64,000 nucleotides of DNA from assembly GCA_963801165.1 (NCBI GenBank), contig CAWDDT010000003.1, forward strand, positions 147,350 through 211,349, given 5' to 3'. The stretch comes from an uncultured bacterium. GTDB lineage: Bacteria; Actinomycetota; Acidimicrobiia; Spongiisociales; UBA5794. The translations under genes were made by a program, and so were the position numbers. The notes below the pieces were generated by a model, which saw only the letters and a program-made list of their open reading frames with translations, searched no databases and was not told the origin of the DNA. Shown piece by piece: positions 45,516 through 53,947 of this stretch. Numbering within the stretch: position 1 is the first letter of the stretch; every line of letters starts with the position of its first letter.

Positions 45516-47760
45516 CGTTGGTGCCTCGCAACGTCGCGGTGGCGGTTATGGCCGGGTCACCGGCCATCAGGAGTACGTGGCGGACATCAAGATCAACGAT
45601 GTGCTCCATGTCAAGCTGATCACGCTCGATGTCGCTCGTGCCCGGATCTTGTCGATCGACGCAAGCGAGGCCGAGCAGGTTCCCGGCGTCGCATTCGTTT
45701 TCACGCCGGACGATCTCCCCAAGCCGATGCCGCGCTTTGGCCCGCAGTTCCAGGACCGCCCGGTACTCGCCGACGGGGAGACGAAGTACCACGGCGAGCC
45801 GGTCGCTGCCATTGCCGCAGAGACGAAGGATGCTGCCGAAGAGGGCGCGCGGCGGGTCAAGATCGAATACGAGAAACTGTCTGACGGTGTTTTCTCGGTG
45901 GCGGCTGCGCTGGCACCCGATGCGGTGCTCGTTCAGGATCCGTCGATCCGCCCTGCGGGCGATCCCCTGGCACAGACCAACATCGTCAGCGAGAAGCATT
46001 TCGGCTGGGGCGATATCGAGGAGATGGCGGACGAATCCGATCTTGTCCTCGAGGACAACTACCAGTTTCCGATGGTGACGCATTTCGCCATCGAGCCGCA
46101 TGCCTTCATGGCAGCTCCCGAGGATGGTGGTATCGCCATCTGGAGCACGATCCAGCATCCCTACCTGCTGCAAAAGATCATGGCGAAGATGCTCGGTCTG
46201 CCGTTGTCGAGGGTGCGTGTCTACGCACCTGATCCCGGCGGAGGTTTCGGCGGCAAACAGATCCCCAAGTACGAGCCGCTGGTCACATATATGGCGCTGA
46301 AAGCCGGCCGTCCCTGCAGGCTCGTCTTGTCGTTGGACGAGACGTTCCTGCTGGTGCGCCGCTCCTCCGCCGAGATCCGGGTACGGATCGGCCTGGATTC
46401 CGAGGGACACTTCAAGTTCGAGGACATCGAGACCAACTTCCTGGTCGGTGCGTATGTCGACATCGCCGACCGGGTCGTCGGCAAGTCCAGCTATTCGGCA
46501 GCCGGACCGTACCGGGTGCCCGCCGTCAAGATCATCGGGCGGACCATCGTGTCGCACACGATGCCGTCGACCGCCTTTCGTGGCTTCGGCATCCCCCAGA
46601 TCAGCTGGGCCCGCGAGTCGTTGATCGACGAGGCTGCGCTCCGGCTCGGCATCGACCGGCTCGAGATACGGCTTCGCAACCTGGCCCGTTTCGGTGAGGA
46701 GTTCATTCCGCTCGAGCGGGCCGACGGCGACTGGGAGCAGACCGTACGCACGGCGGCCAAGCGCATCGGTTGGGGCGACCCGTTGCCCTCCAACCGCGGC
46801 CGTGGCATCGCGGTCGGTCTCAAGTCCGGGCCGACCACCGGTCTGTCGTATTCGACCGTACGGCTCCTATTCGATGGCAGCGCAATCGTCTACGCCGGGA
46901 CATCAGACATGGGTCAGGGCGCCCGCACCATCTTTGCCCAGATCGCCGCCGACGAGCTCGGTGTTGACTTCGATCAAGTGCGTGTGGTGATGGGTGACAC
47001 AGCGACGGTGCCATATGACCAACAGACCTCGGCGAGCCGCTCTTCGGTGTTGATGGGAACCGCGGTGCAGCGCGCCTGTCAGGACGTGCAGCACAAGGTG
47101 GTGGCGATGGCGTCCGGTCTGTACGGGATCGAGGAGCGGGCCATCAAGTCCGAGGGCGGTGTGCTCATCTTGCCCGACCGTGAGGTCCCGCTGATCGAGG
47201 TGGTTCAGGAGGCCCTGGCCCCGCTCGGTGGCGAGGTGATAGGCAACGGCGAGATGCGCAAGAACAAGGACCCGAACCATCCCCTCGGTGGCACGGCGTC
47301 ATTCTTCGAGTTCAACTGCACCGCGTCGGAGGTCGAGGTGGATACAAATACGGGCCACGTGACGTTGATCAAGCACGTCAGCGTGGGCGACGTCGGCCGT
47401 TCCCTCAACCCGATGCAGGTGCGATCACAGGATGACGGGGCCGCCATTCAGGGTCTTGGACACACGTTGATGGAGCACTACATCTTCGACGACGAGGGCC
47501 GGGTGCGAAACATCGGCGCCATCGACTACAGGATCCTCACCAGCATGGATCTCCCGCTCGAATTGCACAGCGAGAGCATCGAGAACGCAGATGGTCCCGG
47601 TCCGTACGGGATCAAGGGTGTTAGCGAAGGCAGCCTGCTTGTGACTGCACCGGCGGTGGGAGCCGCTATACGGGACGCCACAGGAGCGGTGATTCGTGAC
47701 CTGCCCATGACCCCGCAACGGGTTTGGGAAGCTCTTCAGGAGGTGGAGAATGAACGCTGA
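45508..47760 (+). CDS. Xanthine-dehydrogenase-family molybdopterin-binding subunit (enzyme 2)
   Basis: GGGFGGK, AFRGFG, DMGQG, SASRS, GIKGVSE. Confidence 0.93.
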   Translation: MLNVGASQRRGGGYGRVTGHQEYVADIKINDVLHVKLITLDVARARILSIDASEAEQVPGVAFVFTPDDLPKPMPRFGPQFQDRPVLADGETKYHGEPVAAIAAETKDAAEEGARRVKIEYEKLSDGVFSVAAALAPDAVLVQDPSIRPAGDPLAQTNIVSEKHFGWGDIEEMADESDLVLEDNYQFPMVTHFAIEPHAFMAAPEDGGIAIWSTIQHPYLLQKIMAKMLGLPLSRVRVYAPDPGGGFGGKQIPKYEPLVTYMALKAGRPCRLVLSLDETFLLVRRSSAEIRVRIGLDSEGHFKFEDIETNFLVGAYVDIADRVVGKSSYSAAGPYRVPAVKIIGRTIVSHTMPSTAFRGFGIPQISWARESLIDEAALRLGIDRLEIRLRNLARFGEEFIPLERADGDWEQTVRTAAKRIGWGDPLPSNRGRGIAVGLKSGPTTGLSYSTVRLLFDGSAIVYAGTSDMGQGARTIFAQIAADELGVDFDQVRVVMGDTATVPYDQQTSASRSSVLMGTAVQRACQDVQHKVVAMASGLYGIEERAIKSEGGVLILPDREVPLIEVVQEALAPLGGEVIGNGEMRKNKDPNHPLGGTASFFEFNCTASEVEVDTNTGHVTLIKHVSVGDVGRSLNPMQVRSQDDGAAIQGLGHTLMEHYIFDDEGRVRNIGAIDYRILTSMDLPLELHSESIENADGPGPYGIKGVSEGSLLVTAPAVGAAIRDATGAVIRDLPMTPQRVWEALQEVENER

Positions 47761-48640
47761 GTTGGAGGTCGGGCCGGTACGTGACATGCCGGCCGGTAAG
47801 GTCGTCGAGGCGGCTCAGCTCGTCGCGACGGGGAAGCAATACTCCCTATCTGTTCCCCGTTTCCCCGGGATGCCCCTCTTTCCGGGACATCCCCCGTTCC
47901 AGGTCGTCAACTATCGGACCCCACCCGGCATCGTCGCCGGCAGCGTCGAGCCGTGGGGACCACCCAACGAAGTGAACCTCGGCTACATGGCCGAGTACCT
48001 GATGGCCTGCTCGCACTCGGGAGCGCACATCGACGGGCTGGCCCACATGACCATCGGGGAGGACAATCATTGGTACGGCGGTGGTAACACCAAAGAGCAC
48101 ATGACCGACCACGGGCCCAAGTTCGGTGATGCCTCCAAGCTGCCGACGTTCTTCACCCGCGGCGTGTTGCTCGACCCGCCGACCTACCGCGGCATCGATG
48201 CGCTGCCAGCCCACGAGCCCGTCGGCGCCGACGAGCTGCAGGCGGTCGCCGCGGCTCAGGGGGTCGAGGTGCGGCCGTGGGACGTGGTGCTCATCCGCAC
48301 CGGCTATCTCAAGTACTGGCCCGACGCCGAGCGGATGAACGAGCACCTGACTGCCGGTCCGGACCTGTCGGCGGCAGAGTGGTTGCTCGAAAAAGGGGTG
48401 GTTGCCACGGGCACCGACACCGAGACCTACGAGGTCATGCCGGCACCCGATCGTGGCTGCCCGGCCAACCCGCAGCCGGTGCACACCAAGCTGCTCATCG
48501 AGAACGGCATCTACCTGTTGGAGAGCATCTATCTCGAGGAGCTCGCCCGTGACAAGGTCTACGAGTTTCTCTTTGTGATGCTGCCATTGAAGATCAAGGG
48601 GGCGACCGGGTCCATGGTCGATCCTCTCGCGGTGGTGTGA
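47750..48640 (+). CDS. Cyclase-family metal-dependent amidohydrolase (kynurenine formamidase/isatin hydrolase-like)
   Basis: HSGAHIDGLAH (HxGTHxD-type), LIRTG, PVH..LL..NGIYLLE, PLKIKGATGS. Confidence 0.88.
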   Translation: MNAELEVGPVRDMPAGKVVEAAQLVATGKQYSLSVPRFPGMPLFPGHPPFQVVNYRTPPGIVAGSVEPWGPPNEVNLGYMAEYLMACSHSGAHIDGLAHMTIGEDNHWYGGGNTKEHMTDHGPKFGDASKLPTFFTRGVLLDPPTYRGIDALPAHEPVGADELQAVAAAQGVEVRPWDVVLIRTGYLKYWPDAERMNEHLTAGPDLSAAEWLLEKGVVATGTDTETYEVMPAPDRGCPANPQPVHTKLLIENGIYLLESIYLEELARDKVYEFLFVMLPLKIKGATGSMVDPLAVV

Positions 48641-48641
48641 C

Positions 48642-49685
48642 ATGAGAGGTCTGGTCGTCACCGAACCGAATGTCTTTGGCATCGAGGACATACCCGAGCC
48701 GACCCCCGGACACGATGAGGTCGCGGCGCGGGTGCGCGCCGTCTCGATCTGCGGTACCGACGCCCATCTCATCGCCGGCCACTACCCGGGTTTCTGGCCG
48801 CCGAGCTTCCCCTTCACGCCGGGTCACGAATGGGCCGGTGAGCTCGTCGAGGTTGGTGCAGGCGCCGCGGCACTGGGATGGTCGGTGGGTGACCGGGTGT
48901 GCGGTACCTCTCACGACGCCTGCGGCTTCTGTCAGAAGTGTGTCGAGGGTCGGTACAACCTGTGCGAGAACTACGGGAACATGGATGTGCACAGGCAGTA
49001 CGGGCACAACTATCAGGGCTGTCTGGCCGAGTACGTCGTCCATGGGGTGAAGGCGATCTTCCCGCTTCCCGACGGGATGGATTTTGCAACCGGCGCCGTC
49101 GTGGATCCGGCATCGATCGCGCTCCACACCGCCAACCGTGGAGGAGTGAGGCCGGGAGACACGGTTGTCGTCTTCGGTCCCGGCCCGGTCGGTCTTCTCG
49201 CCGCCGATGCGGCGCGAGTGCGGGGCGCAGCACGGGTCATCGTTGTGGGGCGCGGCCAGCGTCTGGATCAGGCCGCCAAGATGGGCAACGAGACCGTCGA
49301 CTACACCGACGGTGACCCCGTAGGCGCGGTCCGGGCGCTGACCCGCGGGCTTGGTGCGGATGTGATTCTGGATTGCGCCGGGGTGCCGGAGACGTTTCAG
49401 TGGTCGATCCCTTCGCTGCGCAAGGGAGGGCGGATAGCGACGGTCGGAATCCCGGTCGAGCCGGTGGCTCTCGATTTCCAGGAACTCGTTCTCTACGAGA
49501 AGGAGATCGTTGGGGTGCGGGCGACGGCGGGGGAGATGAGGCACGTGCTGCCGCTGGTTGCCGACGGCAGGATCCGCGCTGCCGATCTGGTCACCCATCG
49601 CTTCCCGCTGGAGGAGTTCGCAGTGGCATTGGCGACTTTCAACGAGCGTCGTGACGGGGCCATGAAGGTGATCGTCGAGCCGTGA
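48642..49685 (+). CDS. Zinc-dependent alcohol dehydrogenase (MDR family)
   Basis: ICGTD, GHEWAG, CGFCQKC...C, GPGPVG. Confidence 0.93.
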   Translation: MRGLVVTEPNVFGIEDIPEPTPGHDEVAARVRAVSICGTDAHLIAGHYPGFWPPSFPFTPGHEWAGELVEVGAGAAALGWSVGDRVCGTSHDACGFCQKCVEGRYNLCENYGNMDVHRQYGHNYQGCLAEYVVHGVKAIFPLPDGMDFATGAVVDPASIALHTANRGGVRPGDTVVVFGPGPVGLLAADAARVRGAARVIVVGRGQRLDQAAKMGNETVDYTDGDPVGAVRALTRGLGADVILDCAGVPETFQWSIPSLRKGGRIATVGIPVEPVALDFQELVLYEKEIVGVRATAGEMRHVLPLVADGRIRAADLVTHRFPLEEFAVALATFNERRDGAMKVIVEP

Positions 49686-50203
49686 CCGACCACGACCGAC
49701 ATTTCCGGATCCTCGTGCTGTGTGCCGGCAACATCGGCCGTTCCCCGCTCGCCGGGGCCATGCTGCGGGCCGGGTTGGCCGACAGCCTGGGTGTAGCCGA
49801 ACGGGACCTCGAGATTGCCGGTGTGACGGTGGTCTCTGCAGGCACGGCCGCTCCTGAAGGCCACGCTGCCTCGGGCCGCGGGATGGTGCTGGCGGGGGAG
49901 AGGGGCCTCGACTTGACCGGGCACCGGGCACACCAACTCACACGATCCGATCTGAAGGCCGCCGACCTCGTGTTGTGTATGGACAACCAGCAGATCGCTG
50001 CGGTTGCGGAGTTGCTCCCGGATGCGGCCGGTAAGACCGAGCTGATCGCCGGGGATGGTCTCGAGATCCTCGATCCGCATCATCAGAGCGATGCCTTCTT
50101 CCGCGACATAGCCGGGCAAATCGAAGCCGCAGTGACGGCTCGAATCCCCGGCCTCCTGGAGCAGATCCATGAGCCGACCGGTCCGGCCGCGGGGTCGGAG
50201 TAG
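49682..50203 (+). CDS. Low-molecular-weight phosphatase family protein
   Basis: CAGNIGRS (CX5R), SAGT, ADLVLCMD, ILDP. Confidence 0.88.
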   Translation: MTDHDRHFRILVLCAGNIGRSPLAGAMLRAGLADSLGVAERDLEIAGVTVVSAGTAAPEGHAASGRGMVLAGERGLDLTGHRAHQLTRSDLKAADLVLCMDNQQIAAVAELLPDAAGKTELIAGDGLEILDPHHQSDAFFRDIAGQIEAAVTARIPGLLEQIHEPTGPAAGSE

Positions 50204-50287
50204 CCGTCGGCGATGGGCGATTCCTCTCTTGTTTTCGGTCCGACCTGCCCCGGCGATGTCGACGTGTTCTCGGCGCCGTCCGATCAG

Positions 50288-50338
50288 TTGACCCACCCGG
50301 CGACGTCCGATATTGTGACATAATCGATTATCGAGGAT
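50288..50338 (+). promoter_or_regulatory. Promoter TTGACC-17-TATTGT followed by regulon operator copy 4
   Basis: TAATCGATTATCGAGGAT at 50321-50338, 7 bp before the GTG start. Confidence 0.8.
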
Positions 50339-50345
50339 AGGGATT

Positions 50346-52481
50346 GTGACCTTCGTTTACGCTGTCGACCACCCGCACGGCTCACCGCATTCGGAGGTGG
50401 CGAATCTGATCGGGGGCAAGGCGGCAAACCTCGGCGTCATGACCAGGGACCTCGACCTCCCGGTGCCACCCGCCTTTGTCATCTCGACCGAAGCGTGCCG
50501 AAGGTATCTCGCTACGGGCTGGCCGGATGGCCTCGACGCAGAGATCGTCGAGCACGTCGGCAGATTGGAGCAGACAGGAGCCCGCGGATTCGGTGATACC
50601 GGCCGCCCGCTTTTGGTCAGTGTGCGCTCCGGTGCGCCGATTTCCATGCCCGGGATGATGGACACGATCCTCAACCTCGGGATCAACCCGGCGGTAGCGG
50701 AAGGTCTGGCCGCAAGCACCGGCAACAAGGATTTTGCCGCAGCCTGCTGGGACCGTTTCGTCAATCAGTATCAGGACGTTGTCGGTGAGCCTCCCCCTGA
50801 GGACCCGTGGCAGCAACTGAGGGCAGCGATCGAGGCAGTGTTCCGCTCCTGGAACAGCCCGCGGGCACGTACCTATCGAGCGCGGGAACGGATACCCGAC
50901 GACCTGGGCACCGGTGTGATCGTGCAGATGATGGTATTTGGCAATCTCGGTGACGACTCGGCCACCGGCGTTCTTTTCACGCGCAATCCGGCCACCGGTG
51001 AGAACTCCATCTACGGCGACATCATGTTCAATGCCCAGGGCGAGGACGTGGTAGCGGGCACCCACGAGACCGAGCCGATTGCGGTCCTTCACGACCGTAT
51101 GCCGGAGGTCGCCGACGAGTTGATCGGGTACGCCCGGGCACTCGAGAGGCACTACCGCGACATGTGCGACATCGAGTTCACCATCGAGGGCGGCAAGCTG
51201 TGGCTGCTGCAAACGAGGATTGGAAAGCGGAGCCCGCAGGCGGCGCTGCGGATGGCCATCGACATGGCCGAGGACGTCGGTTTCCCCGTCACCCGTGCCG
51301 AAGCCGTTGACCGCGTGGCATCGCTCCTGGTGCGGCCCCCGATGGCCGGCGCCAATCTGGGCCTCGACGCCACCCCGATTTGCGTCGGGCTCGGAGTATC
51401 GCCCGGGGTCGCCTCGGGGGGCGTCGCCACCACTCCAGAACAGGCGGTTGCAATGGCCGAGGCGGGCGAGCCCGTGTTGCTGGTGCGGAGAGAGACGTCG
51501 CCCGACGACGTTCATGGTATGGCGCGGGCAGTTGGCATCCTCACCGCAACCGGCGGGTTGGCCAGCCACGCGGCGGTGGTTGCTCGCGGCTGGGGTATCC
51601 CGGCGGTGGTCGGCGCCGCGACGATGACAGTCGTCGACGGTTCGGTGACGATCAGCGGCAGGACCTTTGCGCCGGGAGAAGTGCTCACGATCGACGGCAG
51701 CACCGGAGCGGTGTTCACCGGTGCGGTGGCCAGCGAGGCTCGGGTGGTTCCGGAGGCGGCGGTGCTGCTCGCATGGGCAGAGGATCTGGGCATCGATATC
51801 AGCTCCGGCGACGAGGAGACGGAAGTTGTCGAGGATGTCGCGTCGCAGGTCACCCGGGAACAGGTAATACATGCCCTTACCATCAAGGGTTTCGTCGTCC
51901 CCAACGATCTCGGCCCGGCGTTACTCACCTCGCCCGAGGTCGTGGCGGGCCTTCTCGACGAGGCGGTTGGGGACGGTCTGGCCGCGGTGATCGCCGGGTC
52001 GGCACTGGCCGGGATGTTCCAACTGACCGAGGACGGCAAGGCGCTCGGTCTGAAGCAGATCGCCGCCGACCGGGCAAGCTGGGGCGCTGACAATGCCGCT
52101 GTGGCGCTCGATGATCTGCTGCCGTTCGACCATAGGATGAAGCTGATCATGACCGGATGGCAGATGCGTGAGGTAGACGGGCAGCAGATCCTCAACGACC
52201 ACAGCGACGAGGCGTACGACGCGGTAGTGCTTGCAGACTTCCAGAGCCTCCATGAGGACACGTCGGCGTGGCTGGGCAGGCTCAGCGAAGGTCTGCCGCG
52301 GCTCGGCCTCTACCGCGACCGGCTACAGCGCGCCGGCGAGCGGGTGGCTGCCGGCGAGACCAACTACCTCGCCTCACCCCGGGTCGACAGCTTCCATAGC
52401 GTTTGGTTCGAGCTTCACGAGGATCTGATCCGCCTCGCCGGAAGGACCCGGGAGGAAGAAGCTGCAGCAGGCCGTGCGTAG
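50346..52481 (+). CDS. Truncated PPDK-like protein (ATP-grasp plus phospho-His domain) fused to a non-PPDK C-terminal domain
   Basis: GGKAANL, LLVSVRSGAPISMPGMMDTILNLG, QGEDVVAG, DIEFTIE, LQTR and GGLASHAAVVAR. No pyruvate TIM barrel; the tail ends DSFHSVWFELHEDLI. Confidence 0.85.
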   Translation: MTFVYAVDHPHGSPHSEVANLIGGKAANLGVMTRDLDLPVPPAFVISTEACRRYLATGWPDGLDAEIVEHVGRLEQTGARGFGDTGRPLLVSVRSGAPISMPGMMDTILNLGINPAVAEGLAASTGNKDFAAACWDRFVNQYQDVVGEPPPEDPWQQLRAAIEAVFRSWNSPRARTYRARERIPDDLGTGVIVQMMVFGNLGDDSATGVLFTRNPATGENSIYGDIMFNAQGEDVVAGTHETEPIAVLHDRMPEVADELIGYARALERHYRDMCDIEFTIEGGKLWLLQTRIGKRSPQAALRMAIDMAEDVGFPVTRAEAVDRVASLLVRPPMAGANLGLDATPICVGLGVSPGVASGGVATTPEQAVAMAEAGEPVLLVRRETSPDDVHGMARAVGILTATGGLASHAAVVARGWGIPAVVGAATMTVVDGSVTISGRTFAPGEVLTIDGSTGAVFTGAVASEARVVPEAAVLLAWAEDLGIDISSGDEETEVVEDVASQVTREQVIHALTIKGFVVPNDLGPALLTSPEVVAGLLDEAVGDGLAAVIAGSALAGMFQLTEDGKALGLKQIAADRASWGADNAAVALDDLLPFDHRMKLIMTGWQMREVDGQQILNDHSDEAYDAVVLADFQSLHEDTSAWLGRLSEGLPRLGLYRDRLQRAGERVAAGETNYLASPRVDSFHSVWFELHEDLIRLAGRTREEEAAAGRA

Positions 52482-52524
52482 AGGGAGTCGCTGAGCTACT
52501 CGAGGACCGCTGAGGATGTCGCGG

Positions 52525-53073
52525 TCACGCCTCGAAGAGAGTTTCCTGAGCGGCACCCATCTCCGAGCCCTCGATGCGGAGGATGCGTCTCTTGGTAGTG
52601 GCGCCACCCCCCGCAGAGAAGCCGCCGATCTTGCCGCCTGCGGCAACCACCCGATGACAGGGGACCAGCAGCGCAATCGGGTTTGCCGCCAGCGCCCGAC
52701 CGACCGCCTGCGCCGCTCCGGGGGCGTCGATGGCTGTGGCTATGTCACCGTAGGTCATGGTCGAGCCTGCCGGAATCGTCCGCGCCGCCTCGTAGACCCG
52801 TCGCTCGAAATCGGGAACCCCCTCGAGATCGATGGGAAACGCAGCAAGGTCACGGTTGTTTCCTTCCAGGTGGCCGACGACCGCTGTCATGACCCTGTGC
52901 ACGTACTCCGGCGGTGCCTGCTCGGCACAGCCGGAATATCGGCGGGCAAAGCGTGATCTCATTAGGCGTGGATTGGCCTCGGGCAGCCCGAGGCCAATGA
53001 TCCCGCGTGTGCTCCATGCGATACCACATTCACCGATCGACGTCGGGAAGAAGGTGTAACCGGCGGACTCCAT
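52525..53073 (-). CDS. ogt: Methylated-DNA--protein-cysteine methyltransferase
   Basis: TYGDIA, AVGRALAANP and the active-site motif PCHRV. Confidence 0.92.
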   Translation of the reverse strand: MESAGYTFFPTSIGECGIAWSTRGIIGLGLPEANPRLMRSRFARRYSGCAEQAPPEYVHRVMTAVVGHLEGNNRDLAAFPIDLEGVPDFERRVYEAARTIPAGSTMTYGDIATAIDAPGAAQAVGRALAANPIALLVPCHRVVAAGGKIGGFSAGGGATTKRRILRIEGSEMGAAQETLFEA

Positions 53074-53187
53074 CGTCCAAGATTACCGGCCGATTCCGCC
53101 GGGGCGAACCGCCTCCTCCACGCCATGCGGCGGGGGACTGCACCACGGCTGGACGGAGGCCTGCGAGCGCCTATTAGGCTGCGGCAC

Positions 53188-53919
53188 ATGGCACTCGAGC
53201 CGTACGAGGACACATCGGAGCGATCGAACATGCGGCTCGCCATGTACGTGGCGACGGCCACGGCCGCTCTCGCTGCTGTCGCCCTCGGGCTCGGTGTTAT
53301 GGCGGTGCCCATAGCGGGCGCCAACTGCCGCAAAAACTGCATCAGCTATCCGTACCTCGACACCGTCGATCGGTTTCCCCGGGACTATCTGTGGATGTAT
53401 TTCGCCGTGGTGATGGTGGTCGCCTACCTGTTGTTCATGGTCTCGCTGCGCGCGGTTGCTGCGGCGCCGAGCGGCCTCGTCGGCCAAATGGCCGTGGTCG
53501 TGGCTGTGGCGTCGACGGTGGTGCTGGTCGCCACGTACTTCACCCAGTCCTCCGTCGTGCCCGCCAGCATCGCGGCCGGAGAGACCGAGGGGATCGCGTT
53601 GATCACAATGTATAACCCGCACGGGCTCTTCATCGCGCTGGAGGAGATCGGCTATCTGCTGATGAGCGTGTCGTTCCTTCTTGCCGCGCTGATGGTCACG
53701 GGCGCCGGCCGGATGGTTCGTGCGATCCGCTGGATCTTTGGCGCCGGGTTCATCCTGCCGTTTCTGGCTTTCATCGCCTATGCCGCGGCATACGGCCTGA
53801 ATCGCCAGGATCATTTGGAGGTGGCCGCCATCGCCGTTGACTGGTTGGTCCTGATCGTCAACGGGATCCTGGTCGCACTCTTGCTACGCAAGCGGCTGTC
53901 GTCTCCAGCCGCTAGTTGA
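53188..53919 (+). CDS. Hypothetical multi-pass membrane protein
   Basis: About 6 hydrophobic segments, host-like codon usage; start uncertain. Confidence 0.7.
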   Translation: MALEPYEDTSERSNMRLAMYVATATAALAAVALGLGVMAVPIAGANCRKNCISYPYLDTVDRFPRDYLWMYFAVVMVVAYLLFMVSLRAVAAAPSGLVGQMAVVVAVASTVVLVATYFTQSSVVPASIAAGETEGIALITMYNPHGLFIALEEIGYLLMSVSFLLAALMVTGAGRMVRAIRWIFGAGFILPFLAFIAYAAAYGLNRQDHLEVAAIAVDWLVLIVNGILVALLLRKRLSSPAAS

Positions 53920-53947
53920 CGGTCGGCTTGTAGCCCGGACCGGCTGA

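Noticed and set aside
30194-47760. Aerobic CO dehydrogenase (coxMSL) assignment
   Set aside because: Neither large subunit has the AYxCSFR (form I) or AYRGAGR (form II) loop, and coxDEFG are absent.
50346-52481. Canonical ppdK annotation
   Set aside because: The C-terminal PEP/pyruvate-binding barrel is missing.
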